Assembly: GCA_038227875.1 (NCBI GenBank) | Contig: JBBRPR010000016.1 | Coordinates: 92,139 to 156,138 of the forward strand | DNA from: Planctomycetota bacterium | GTDB taxonomy: Bacteria; Planctomycetota; SZUA-567; H5-PLA8 | DNA length: 64,000 bases | Direction of reading: 5' to 3' | Shown: piece by piece, positions 47,418 to 56,591 of the stretch | Numbering within the stretch: position 1 is the stretch's first letter | How the letters are laid out: every line of letters begins with the position of its first letter | Position numbers and translations under genes: made by a program | Notes under the pieces: model-generated | What the model was told of the DNA's origin: nothing | Seen by the model: the letters and a program-made list of their open reading frames with translations, nothing else | The model's database searches: none

Positions 47418-50336
47418 TTACTTATCGATGTCCTTCTTCAACTCGTCGCGCAGCGTCTTGGCCTCGGCCTGCGTGCCGTCAATATCCAGCGCCTGCTGCA
47501 CGGCCTTCAGCGCGTCGCTGTTCTTGCCCTGCTCCTTTCGCGCGCGGGCCAGGCTGATCCACCCGGCAACATCCTTGTCGTCGATGAACGTCACCACGGA
47601 ATACTCGCGCTCGGCGTGCGGCCAGTCCTTCAAGTCCACGTACGTGTTGCCCAGGATGCGGTGGACTTCTACCTTAGAAGGGTCGATCTCGATGTGCGCG
47701 TTTGCGAATTCCACGATCGCCTTCTGGTTTTTCATCTTCACGGCCAGTTGCAGCCCTTTGAAGCACGCCTCCGGATCTTGCGTGTTGACAGTCATCGCGT
47801 CGTGCCAGACGGCCAGCGCCTTGTCTTCCTGCGGCGGTTCGGTGTCGAGGTACAACTCAGCCAGTTCGTAGTGCGGATTGTTCGGGCCGATGTAGCGCGG
47901 GTAGCTCTTGCGCGCGGCCTCGAAGGCCTCGATCGCCAGCGTCGTATGTCCTTCCTTCTTGTAAATAATGCCCAGCCGCTGCCACGCCAGGAAGCTGCGA
48001 TCCGGATTGATCACCGTCGACTGTTTGTAAAGTTGCTTGGCGCCCTCGAAGTCCTTCTTTTCGAACGCCAGCATGCCGAGCACATTCAGCGCATCGACGC
48101 ACTTGGCATCCTTTTCCAGTGCGCGCTTGGCAAGCTGCTCGGCGCGGTCGAGTTTCCGCGTCGCAATCATCGCGATCGCCAGGTCGGCCACGGCCTGGGC
48201 CGGCGCGTCGTCAGGTTTGGCGGCGAATTCCATCTGCACCAGCAGCGCCGGATCGTAGCTCGGGCGCAGCCGGACGTGCTCGAAGAATTTCCTGGTGTAC
48301 TCCAGTTCGCCCTTGCTCAACTCATCCAGCGACTTCCCGGTCACCGCCGGCAGCACTTCGTCGAGCTTCTTGCCTTCGGCGAACATCTTCATCGCCTTGA
48401 CGTGTGCCTCGAAACCAAACGTCTTGGCGATGTACTCGACGACGTACCTTCCGTGGACGTACGCCATCAGCATGTTTTCGCGGAAGTATTCGTGCATCTT
48501 GTCGATGGTGCGGAGCTTGTCGCGCGCGATGTAATTGATCATCATCGAATCGGATTCCAGGCGCGTGTCGTCTTCCAGATACGTTGAGAATGCTTCGGTA
48601 TACCAGCGCGGCACGCGGAACTTCGAGAGCTGAAGCGCCATCACGTGCCCAAATTCGTGTTCGAGAACCTTGCGCCAGTTGAATGTCTCGGTGCTGCGCC
48701 CGCCGCCTTCGCGCGGCGAAACGACCGTGCAGAGCTTCCCGAAGCAGACGCCCAGCGCGCCGAGATTCGGCAATCCGACCGTGCGCGCCGCCTGGTCCTG
48801 CATGCTGTAGCACAACTCGATGCTCAGCGGACCTTCTGGCTCATAGCCAAACAGCTTGGTCTGGCGGTCGTACGCGGCTTCGGCCCATTCTTCCAGATAC
48901 GGGCGGACCATCCCCGCTTCCTTGCCGAAATAGCGCAATGTGAAGTGCTTGGTCTTGCTCTCGAGATACAGCGGCGCGACGTTCTGGTCCTTGTCGCCGA
49001 TGATCCGGTCGAGCGCTTTGATCATATTCAGCGCCCACGGATTGAAGCGATTTTTCTTGAACGCGACCAGCAGCAGCGCCTTGCCTTTTTCGCAATTCTC
49101 CGCGCCCTGCCGCGAAAGATTCATCCCCAGGCCGTAGTAGCCGCGCCAGTACTCCGGATCCAGGTCCAGCGCCTTCTGATACCACGGCGGCGCGGCGTCG
49201 AAGCGCAGCTTGCCTTCGGAGAGTTCGCCGATGTCGCAGTAAAAGTCGGCGCACGCGGGATTCAACGCCAGCGCTTTCTTCTCCACTTCGGCGTACTTGT
49301 CCATCTGCATCAGGTTGACGTAATAAAACGCCTCCATCGCCAGCGCTTCCATGTCGCGAGGGTTGACGGTCAGCGCCGTATCGATGCGCTTTTTCGCGGC
49401 GTCGAGGCGGTCTTCTTCCAGATCGATTTTCGCCATCACGAGATTGGACATGATGTGCGACGGATTGACCTTCAGCGCTTCTTCCAGCAGCTTCTCCGCG
49501 CCGGCCAGATCGTGCTTGGTCTCCAGCGTGATCGCCGCCAGGCCGGCCAGCGCGTCGGGAAGATTCGGGCGCATCTTCAGCAACTTTTTGTAGCGTTCAT
49601 CAGCAAAGGCGAAATGGTAGAGCTTGTAGCTGAGCTTGGCGCTCCAGAGGAATACTTCGGGCAGATTGGCCTTGCGCTCTTCTGCCAGTTCTTCAGCCGT
49701 CAGGTACCCGGTCTCGAACGCGTCCTTCGGATTTTCGTCTTCGAAGCCCAGCCCGATATAGGAGAGCTCCAACGGCGATTTCACGTCTTTCGAATTGAAG
49801 TACTCCTGCTTCTTGTTGTACAGCTCGTAAAAGTGATCGTTGGTCGCCTTGAGACCCTTCTTGTCGATCTGAGCGCGCATCACGATCGAGCGCAGAGCCC
49901 ACGCGCGTTCGTTGTCGGGATGATCGGCGATGATCTTGTCGAACGCGTCGCGCGCTTCCTTGTAGTTGCCCACTTCCATGTCGAGCTCCGCCTGCAGCGA
50001 CTGCAGGCTCGCATCGTTGGGTTCGGCCTTCAGCAGCGCGGCGCTCAGCGCCCGGGCTTCGGTCAGCTTCCCGATAATGCGCTGCGCTTCGATCAGCACC
50101 AGCGTGATGTCCTTGCGTTCCGGGCTGCCTTCGGCCGCCGACGAGAGCGCTTTTTCAAGCTGGGTCACGGCGTCGGTGTACTTTCCCGCGTTGATGTTTT
50201 CGCGGCCCCAATCGGCGGACTTATCGTCATCACCCGCATGCAAAAGATGGGGTGTCGCACTTGTCAATGCAACCGTTGCCAGGGCGATGGCAGTAAAGAG
50301 AGGCAACGCGGAAGAACGCGGTCGTGGCATGTTCAT
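47418..50336 (-). CDS. TPR-repeat protein with gluzincin (peptidase MA-like) domain
   Basis: Signal peptide; many TPRs; VLEHEFGHV...VPRWYTEAFS (HExxH plus downstream E). Confidence 0.88.
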   Translation of the reverse strand: MNMPRPRSSALPLFTAIALATVALTSATPHLLHAGDDDKSADWGRENINAGKYTDAVTQLEKALSSAAEGSPERKDITLVLIEAQRIIGKLTEARALSAALLKAEPNDASLQSLQAELDMEVGNYKEARDAFDKIIADHPDNERAWALRSIVMRAQIDKKGLKATNDHFYELYNKKQEYFNSKDVKSPLELSYIGLGFEDENPKDAFETGYLTAEELAEERKANLPEVFLWSAKLSYKLYHFAFADERYKKLLKMRPNLPDALAGLAAITLETKHDLAGAEKLLEEALKVNPSHIMSNLVMAKIDLEEDRLDAAKKRIDTALTVNPRDMEALAMEAFYYVNLMQMDKYAEVEKKALALNPACADFYCDIGELSEGKLRFDAAPPWYQKALDLDPEYWRGYYGLGMNLSRQGAENCEKGKALLLVAFKKNRFNPWALNMIKALDRIIGDKDQNVAPLYLESKTKHFTLRYFGKEAGMVRPYLEEWAEAAYDRQTKLFGYEPEGPLSIELCYSMQDQAARTVGLPNLGALGVCFGKLCTVVSPREGGGRSTETFNWRKVLEHEFGHVMALQLSKFRVPRWYTEAFSTYLEDDTRLESDSMMINYIARDKLRTIDKMHEYFRENMLMAYVHGRYVVEYIAKTFGFEAHVKAMKMFAEGKKLDEVLPAVTGKSLDELSKGELEYTRKFFEHVRLRPSYDPALLVQMEFAAKPDDAPAQAVADLAIAMIATRKLDRAEQLAKRALEKDAKCVDALNVLGMLAFEKKDFEGAKQLYKQSTVINPDRSFLAWQRLGIIYKKEGHTTLAIEAFEAARKSYPRYIGPNNPHYELAELYLDTEPPQEDKALAVWHDAMTVNTQDPEACFKGLQLAVKMKNQKAIVEFANAHIEIDPSKVEVHRILGNTYVDLKDWPHAEREYSVVTFIDDKDVAGWISLARARKEQGKNSDALKAVQQALDIDGTQAEAKTLRDELKKDIDK

Positions 50337-50589
50337 AGCGGAGGGACTCCGAACGCAAGAGGCTTGCGCAGACTCGATTTCGTCACCTTTAAGTCACATG
50401 GGATAACGATTAAGAGTCACTGGACTTACTGTACTTTAGACGCCTCAGACGCGCCAATGTATTCAAAATACTGGCATAACCTTTGTTGCTCCGCCCAGCG
50501 TCTGGCACCTGCCGCGAACTGGAGTTCGCAATCTACTGATATTGAGGGGGCGCCGGTCGTTTTCCGATCATTCTTTAAGGAGCGCGGTT

Positions 50590-50829
50590 ATGCCTCGCGG
50601 AGACAAGGGCAAGTACACCGACAAACAGAAACGCCAGGCCGAGCACATCGAAAAAGGCTACGAAAAGCGTGGTCTGGGCACCAAGGAAGCCGAACGCCGG
50701 GCCTGGGCTACCGTTAACAAAGTCCACCATGGCGGGGAAAAGCAGGGCGGGGGAGGTCACGGCAAGCCCGAAGACCACTCGCCGATGAAAAACGGCGGCC
50801 GCAAAGGGGGCGCGCGAAGCCACTCCTGA
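50590..50829 (+). CDS. Small basic stress-type protein (MPRGDK..YTDKQKRQAEHIE family)
   Basis: AAGGAG SD; recognisable conserved sequence EAERRAWATVNK..GG. Confidence 0.8.
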   Translation: MPRGDKGKYTDKQKRQAEHIEKGYEKRGLGTKEAERRAWATVNKVHHGGEKQGGGGHGKPEDHSPMKNGGRKGGARSHS

Positions 50830-50962
50830 ATTCACATGAAGACTCGACCGGGTTTAAGCCGCTGTGGTCCGCGGCTTGCCCGGGTTAAGACTTGGCCTTG
50901 CTCATCCCATCCCCGCGCGATGCAAGGTCCATATTTATAGCGGGTAGAAGGAGGTACTTTAT

Positions 50963-51610
50963 ATGGGCTTTGAACTCAAAATCACCAAAGCCGTGTTGTC
51001 AGGCCCGGCCTGGGCCATTGCGATCCTGCTCACGGGCTGCGGAGACATCAGTACGAAAAGCAGTTCCATGCCCACGTCACCGTCCAGCACCAGTGCTGAA
51101 TCGTTTCTGAAGGAGGCCGCCAACGGCAACATGGCTGAAGTGCAAATGGGCCGGCTCGCCGCCTCCAAGTCCCAGAATCCCGACGTGGTGAACTTCGGTA
51201 AAAGCATGATCGACGATCACAGCGCGAATCTGGTCAAAGTGAAAGAGCTGGCCGCCCAAAAGAGCGTGATGCTGCCGTCGGACGTTGACGACAACGACAA
51301 GACTGAATTGTCGAAGCTGGAGGTGCTCAGCGGCGCAGCCTTCGATCGTGCCTACGTCAAGGCCATGGTTGAAGATCACAAGAAAGACGTCGCCGCGTTT
51401 GAAAAAGCCGCGAATACGGCGGCGGATACCACGGTGAAAAACTACGCCGCGGAAACGCTTCCGACGTTGCAGCATCACTTGAAAATGGCCCAGGACGCCG
51501 CTGCGAAAGTAAATGCGCAGACTGCCCCTCAAGCGTCCAACGATTCCAATGATCCTGCGAACATGAAACCCACACCGACCAGTGTGCCCGACACGGACCG
51601 GTCGAAGTAA
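50963..51610 (+). CDS. DUF4142-domain lipoprotein (ferritin-like)
   Basis: Lipobox LTGC; AEVQMGRLA, MIDDH, FDRAYV..MVEDH, LPTLQHHL. Confidence 0.88.
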   Translation: MGFELKITKAVLSGPAWAIAILLTGCGDISTKSSSMPTSPSSTSAESFLKEAANGNMAEVQMGRLAASKSQNPDVVNFGKSMIDDHSANLVKVKELAAQKSVMLPSDVDDNDKTELSKLEVLSGAAFDRAYVKAMVEDHKKDVAAFEKAANTAADTTVKNYAAETLPTLQHHLKMAQDAAAKVNAQTAPQASNDSNDPANMKPTPTSVPDTDRSK

Positions 51611-51627
51611 ACGGCCAGCATCACGGG

Positions 51628-51662
51628 TGGGCGCGGCGTTGCATCGCCGCGCCCGCTCTTTT
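51628..51662 (+). terminator. Intrinsic terminator after the DUF4142 gene
   Basis: gggcgcggcg-ttgcat-cgccgcgccc followed by gctctttt. Confidence 0.6.
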
Positions 51663-51754
51663 GAAACGCGCAATTTCTTCCCCGTATTGCGCCGTAGCGG
51701 GTTCCCCTCTATAAAGCGATGCAGCATTCAAAACACTACTTGGGGAGAACTCGC

Positions 51755-52612
51755 ATGCGCCGCAGCTTAATATTTTCGTTGTCCGCCCTGATCGTGATCG
51801 CCGCCGCTTCTCGCTCCTTTGCCGCCACCACCGTTCCGGCGACGCTATCCGGAACCTGGTCGGGAACCGCGAAAGCCGTGAGCTACTCCAGCACGTCCAC
51901 CAAGGCGCAGCGTTCATCGTCCACGCTGACGTTTGTCTTCACGCAGACCGGCACAGCGCTCAGCGTCCAGACTACCATCCTGACCTCCGACAAAAGCACG
52001 CTGACCGGCACGCTCACGGGCGTCTACGGCAACGGCAATTTCTGGATCCTGGGCGTGACCAGCAACGCCAACGAATCGCAGTCGCTGATCTTCACCGGAC
52101 ATGCGACATCCAAGGGCATCAAAGGCGTCGCCATCGCATTCAGCGGCAGCGGTAGCGACGAAGCGGAAGTGACGTATGCCGTAAAGCCCTCCAGCTCCGC
52201 GCAGATTGCAGCCAGACTCGAAGCAAGTGTCAGCACTCTGTGCGCCTCCACCTCGAATTCGGCCAGCTCGCGCGCGGCCGTCAACGTGGCAGGCAAGGCC
52301 AGCGGCAAGGTGTACACGATCAGCACGACGGGAAAGCCAGGCCCGCTGAAGTCGACGGTCACAGGTTCATCCACGGATAGCAGCACGACGCAGTCGGCTA
52401 CGCTGACTTTCGCCGACTCCACCGGCTCGCAAACGTTCGTGCTGAACGGTCCCGTGATCGGCAGCAGCTTCGTGATCTTCGGCCCGAATTCGTCCAGCAC
52501 GTCGCAGGCGATCCTCTCGCTGCATACCGCGAAGACGACGGCCAAGGGCATCGGTATTCTCTACAATAACGGCGCGCTGGTGGAGCTGAAACTGAGCCTG
52601 AAGCAGCAGTAG
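51755..52612 (+). CDS. Secreted Ser/Thr-rich hypothetical protein with two beta-rich repeats
   Basis: GGGGAG SD; signal peptide; two similar units of about 110-120 aa. Confidence 0.75.
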   Translation: MRRSLIFSLSALIVIAAASRSFAATTVPATLSGTWSGTAKAVSYSSTSTKAQRSSSTLTFVFTQTGTALSVQTTILTSDKSTLTGTLTGVYGNGNFWILGVTSNANESQSLIFTGHATSKGIKGVAIAFSGSGSDEAEVTYAVKPSSSAQIAARLEASVSTLCASTSNSASSRAAVNVAGKASGKVYTISTTGKPGPLKSTVTGSSTDSSTTQSATLTFADSTGSQTFVLNGPVIGSSFVIFGPNSSSTSQAILSLHTAKTTAKGIGILYNNGALVELKLSLKQQ

Positions 52613-52613
52613 G

Positions 52614-52673
52614 ACTCAGGCCACGTGGCCTGAGTGGGTCATTTTGACCCTGGAGACAATTGTCTCTAGGGTC
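52614..52673. repeat. Three-palindrome module, copy 2
   Basis: actcaggccacgtggcctgagt - gggtcattttgaccc - gagacaattgtctc. Confidence 0.85.
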
Positions 52674-52685
52674 GGAGTGGAAGAC

Positions 52686-53195
52686 ATGAACAAAGCCTTC
52701 ACCAAGGAATCCGACGAAGAGCCCGAGGAGCCGGACGAGTTTCCGCGCTCGGCGCAGTTGCCGCCCGGCACGCCGAACTACACGACGACCGACGGCGTGG
52801 CGCGGATGCGCGAGGAGCTGGATCGCCTCACCAACACCGAAGCTCCCGCCGCCGCGAAGTCTGGCACCGCCGATCCAGAAGCCAAGCGCCGCCTGCTGCG
52901 CATCGAACAGCGCATCAACTACCTCACTGCGTGCCTGCGCACCGCCGTCGCGATGAACGCCGCCGCGCAGAGCGCCGAAACGGTGCGCTTCGGTTCGACG
53001 GTCTGGGTCCAGGATCAGGCCGGAGCGGAATTCGAATACCGCATCGTCGGCGTCGACGAGATCGATCTCAACCGCGGCTGGGTGAGTTGGCTTTCGCCGA
53101 TTGCCAAAGCGCTGCTGAATGCGAAAGTGGGCAGCTCCATCGCGTTTCGCACGCCGCGCGGTGAGGAGCAGTTGCTGGTCGTGCGGATCGGCTGA
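52686..53195 (+). CDS. GreA/GreB-family factor with shortened coiled coil
   Basis: MNKAFTKE, NYTT.DG, VRFGSTV, YRIVGVDE, VSWLSPIAKALL; lacks the GDxSENxxY tip. Confidence 0.88.
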   Translation: MNKAFTKESDEEPEEPDEFPRSAQLPPGTPNYTTTDGVARMREELDRLTNTEAPAAAKSGTADPEAKRRLLRIEQRINYLTACLRTAVAMNAAAQSAETVRFGSTVWVQDQAGAEFEYRIVGVDEIDLNRGWVSWLSPIAKALLNAKVGSSIAFRTPRGEEQLLVVRIG

Positions 53196-53225
53196 CACTC
53201 TTTACTCTTTGGGAAAATTTTTACG

Positions 53226-54995
53226 ATGACCACCACGCGCGTCGGTTCACTGCAGGTTGAACTCAAGGGAGAACTCCACGGCTTCTCCGCGCACCTGACG
53301 GCGCAGGAGGTGTCGGCTGGGATCTGGGACCTGACCCTGCGCCTCACCAGTCCTTCCCCGAAATTGCCGCCGCCGGTGGAACTGCAATGGTTCCAGCCGC
53401 AGTGGGACATTCACGCCAGCTGGTGGCCGGGCAAGTCGCGCAGCAATTGGCTCTTCCCCGACTGGTCCGGCCAGTCGCGCCCCACCGCCAAAGCCACCAG
53501 CGACGCGCCGGTCGTCTGCATGCACAGTCTGTCGGGCCTCAACCGTCTTACTTTTGCCGTGCAGGATGCGCTCCATCCCATCCGCCTCCGCTGCGCCGTC
53601 AACGAAGAGAGCGGCACGTGCATCTGCGGCGTCCAGGTGATTCCCTCCGGCCACGCGCCGCTGACCGAACTGAGCGTCGTCGTCCGCTTCGACACCCGCG
53701 AAGTGACCTACGCGCAGGCACTCAACGGCATCGCCGCTTGGTGGGCCGCGCAGCCCGCCTACAAACCCGCGCCGGTGCCGGAAGTCGGTCGCCTACCGAT
53801 GTACTCGACGTGGTACAGCTTCCACCAGATTCTCGATCCGCAGGAAGTGGAAGCCGAATGCCGGCGCGCAAAGTCGTTGGGTTGCGAAGCCGTGATCGAA
53901 GACGACGGCTGGCAGACGCTCGATAGCGCTCGCGGTTACGCTTTCACCGGCGACTGGCAACCCGACCGCATTCCCGACATGGCCGGCCATGTCCGGCGCG
54001 TCCACGAAGCGGGCCTGAAATTCATCCTCTGGTATTCCGTGCCGTTCGTCGGCGTAAAGAGCATGGCTTTCGCGCGCTTTGCCGGAAAGTTTCTCAATTA
54101 CAAAGCCCACGAGCAGTGGCACGTGCTCGACCCGCGCTTCCCCGAGGTGCGCGAATACCTGATCACCACCTATGAAAAAGCAATGCATGAGTGGAATCTC
54201 GACGGCTTCAAGCTCGACTTCGTCGACACATTCCACGCCGGAGAAAAAGACACCAACGATGCTGTGGACGGCCGCGACTTTGGCGCCGTCGACGAAGCCG
54301 TAGACAAACTCTTCACTGACGTGATGACGCGCCTGACGAAAATCAAGACCGATGTGTTGATCGAATTCCGGCAGAGCTACATCGGCCCGCTGATGCGCAA
54401 GTACGGTAACCTGTTTCGCGCCGGCGATTGCCCCGGCGACGCCATCGCCAATCGCGTGCGCACGATCGACATTCGTTTGCTCTGCGGCAACACCGCCGCG
54501 CACGCCGACATGCTGATGTGGCACCCGCAGGATTCCGTGGAGAGCGCCGCGCTGCAGCTCATCCACGTGCTCTTCTCCGTCCCGCAGATTTCCGTGCGCC
54601 TGGACAAGGTCCCCGCTGCCCATGTTGAGATGCTGAAATTCTGGCTGGCCTTCTGGCGCGAACACCGCGGTGTGCTGCTCGACGGCGTCCTCGAGCCGCT
54701 CCACCCGGAATGCAATTACCCCGTCATCCGCGCTTCGAACGCCGTCACGCGGATCGTCGCGACGTACACCGACGGACTCGCTCCGCTCGGCGTCAATGTC
54801 CCCGACAAATGTTTCGTGATCAACGGCACGCGCAGCAATCGCGTCGTACTGGAAGTCGCCGCCGACCTCGGCACGCGCACCGTGAAAATTCTGGACGTGC
54901 GCGGAAGAGAAGTGAAAACCGCCGCACTAAAACTCACCGCCGGCGTCCACCGCCTGGAAATCCCCGCCGCCGGCTTGGCCCAGATCACAGCCTGA
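53226..54995 (+). CDS. Alpha-galactosidase, GH36-like
   Basis: YSTWYS, DDGWQ, DGFKLDF, FRAGDCP. Confidence 0.88.
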   Translation: MTTTRVGSLQVELKGELHGFSAHLTAQEVSAGIWDLTLRLTSPSPKLPPPVELQWFQPQWDIHASWWPGKSRSNWLFPDWSGQSRPTAKATSDAPVVCMHSLSGLNRLTFAVQDALHPIRLRCAVNEESGTCICGVQVIPSGHAPLTELSVVVRFDTREVTYAQALNGIAAWWAAQPAYKPAPVPEVGRLPMYSTWYSFHQILDPQEVEAECRRAKSLGCEAVIEDDGWQTLDSARGYAFTGDWQPDRIPDMAGHVRRVHEAGLKFILWYSVPFVGVKSMAFARFAGKFLNYKAHEQWHVLDPRFPEVREYLITTYEKAMHEWNLDGFKLDFVDTFHAGEKDTNDAVDGRDFGAVDEAVDKLFTDVMTRLTKIKTDVLIEFRQSYIGPLMRKYGNLFRAGDCPGDAIANRVRTIDIRLLCGNTAAHADMLMWHPQDSVESAALQLIHVLFSVPQISVRLDKVPAAHVEMLKFWLAFWREHRGVLLDGVLEPLHPECNYPVIRASNAVTRIVATYTDGLAPLGVNVPDKCFVINGTRSNRVVLEVAADLGTRTVKILDVRGREVKTAALKLTAGVHRLEIPAAGLAQITA

Positions 54996-55039
54996 ATTCA
55001 AATCCAGGCGAGCCGTTCGTAGTCCGGACGGCTCCCTGT

Positions 55040-55125
55040 CTCCTGCCTTCTGCCTTCTGCTACGCGCCCACGCGCGAGCCACACACGTATCGCCGTGCTC
55101 GCACCCACCTCTGACCCCTGACCTC
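55040..55125. repeat. Composite heptamer element (CTGCCTT + CTGACCC blocks)
   Basis: Reverse complement aligns block by block with 60426-60514. Confidence 0.7.
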
Positions 55126-55138
55126 GCGCGTCAGCCCG

Positions 55139-55786
55139 CTACTGGAACTCGAACCCAATCGCCTTCAACGCCACCTGCGCCACAATCGTCGCGCCGACCT
55201 CGTTGAAATGATTTCCGTCCGAGTAAATCGTGTGCCCCGCATACGACTTCTGCAGGTACGCCCACTTCTTCAGCAGCACTTTTTGAAAGTCCACATAAAT
55301 CCCGCCTTCCTGCTTCGCTGCGTATTGCAGCGCCTTGCAATACAGCGGCCGGGACTTGTGGCTCTTCGGGTGCGTGCCGCCCAGAAAGACCACGCGGCCG
55401 CGGCTGAGCTTGCGCACGCGCTGCGCCAGTTCGATCACGCCGGCCTGAAACACATCCAACGCGATATTCTGGTGCGGATCGTTGTTGCCGATCGTGATGA
55501 ACAGCCAGTCCGGCTGAAACGGCGCCACGCATGCGTCGAAGCGCTGCAGCACGTTGACGATGTTCGAACCACCGACGGCGCTGTTGCGGAATTCCAGCTG
55601 CAATTCGGGATGCCCGCAGAAGAGCGTCTCCGAAAAAAAATCCGCCCACGTCTTGTCCCAGTGCATCATCCGCAAATAAGGCCACGTGTCGTGCGCCGGA
55701 GCCATCCGCCGGCAGGTGAGGCTGTCACCCTCGAAGGACAACCGCTGTTTGCGCTTGATCAGGAAATGGGATTTTCGATTCGGCAT
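55139..55786 (-). CDS. SGNH/GDSL hydrolase
   Basis: GDSLT, NSAVGG, IGNND and DGNH blocks. Confidence 0.88.
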   Translation of the reverse strand: MPNRKSHFLIKRKQRLSFEGDSLTCRRMAPAHDTWPYLRMMHWDKTWADFFSETLFCGHPELQLEFRNSAVGGSNIVNVLQRFDACVAPFQPDWLFITIGNNDPHQNIALDVFQAGVIELAQRVRKLSRGRVVFLGGTHPKSHKSRPLYCKALQYAAKQEGGIYVDFQKVLLKKWAYLQKSYAGHTIYSDGNHFNEVGATIVAQVALKAIGFEFQ

Positions 55787-55956
55787 GCGTTCTCGCTTTC
55801 CGTGAAGTTGGATTGACCGTACTGAAATTGAATGGATTCAGAATGCGTCATCGATTTTGCATGGTTCCAGGCCGAAGTCAAAAGCCCCGGACCTTCTCTG
55901 AATGACCGCAAGAAACGCGCTCGCCATCCGTTTGCTTACGGAACGGCGAGGCTCGA

Positions 55957-56589
55957 ATGCTCAAGCAGACTCTATTGATCTCAATGCTTCTGGTGGCGAG
56001 TGCGCTGCACGGAGCTGCCGCCTCCGAAGTCGAAGAGCCGGAAATGATCGGACCCTGCACCCTCAGCCTGCGCATGGTAAACATGGGGGAGGGGCAGCAG
56101 CATCTCTATCTGTGTGTAGCAACCCGGCGAATATTCGCGAAACCGGTTCGCGTCGACTATTACTACGTGATTCGCAATGACAGAATCAGTATCACATTGA
56201 CCGGAATTTACGTTCCCAAAGTGACCCCGATGTGGCCTCCTTACCATCCCATTCCCGCCGAGGCGGCCGTCGACCTAACCGCTGCATTACTGGAAACTCA
56301 GGAGGAGGCAGGCGCACCCTTCGCCAGAATCGTCTCCAAACTGAAGAGCGGCATCTTCAAAATCGAAATGGAGGAACAGGGACATGGCAGCCGACCGATC
56401 CATTTATTCAAATTGGCGTCGTTTAGTATTGTTGCCGACGAGCAGGGCAACGTGAAGATCGACGAAGACGCCGCTCAAAAACGCGACAAGGTAGTTGGCC
56501 CACTGAATTTCGCCGCGCGTGAATGGAAATTCGACGGCAAAACTCTGACCGAAGTTCACGGAAAATCTGCCGACGACAGCGATTTCTGA
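55957..56589 (+). CDS. Secreted hypothetical protein
   Basis: GAGG SD; signal peptide; fills the gap between flanking genes. Confidence 0.65.
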   Translation: MLKQTLLISMLLVASALHGAAASEVEEPEMIGPCTLSLRMVNMGEGQQHLYLCVATRRIFAKPVRVDYYYVIRNDRISITLTGIYVPKVTPMWPPYHPIPAEAAVDLTAALLETQEEAGAPFARIVSKLKSGIFKIEMEEQGHGSRPIHLFKLASFSIVADEQGNVKIDEDAAQKRDKVVGPLNFAAREWKFDGKTLTEVHGKSADDSDF

Positions 56590-56591
56590 AG

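Noticed and set aside
50590..50829. Toxin-antitoxin or plasmid function implied by the common 'plasmid stabilization' label for this family
   Set aside because: No ParE/RelE features and no partner gene; the DUF4142 neighbour suggests a general stress role.
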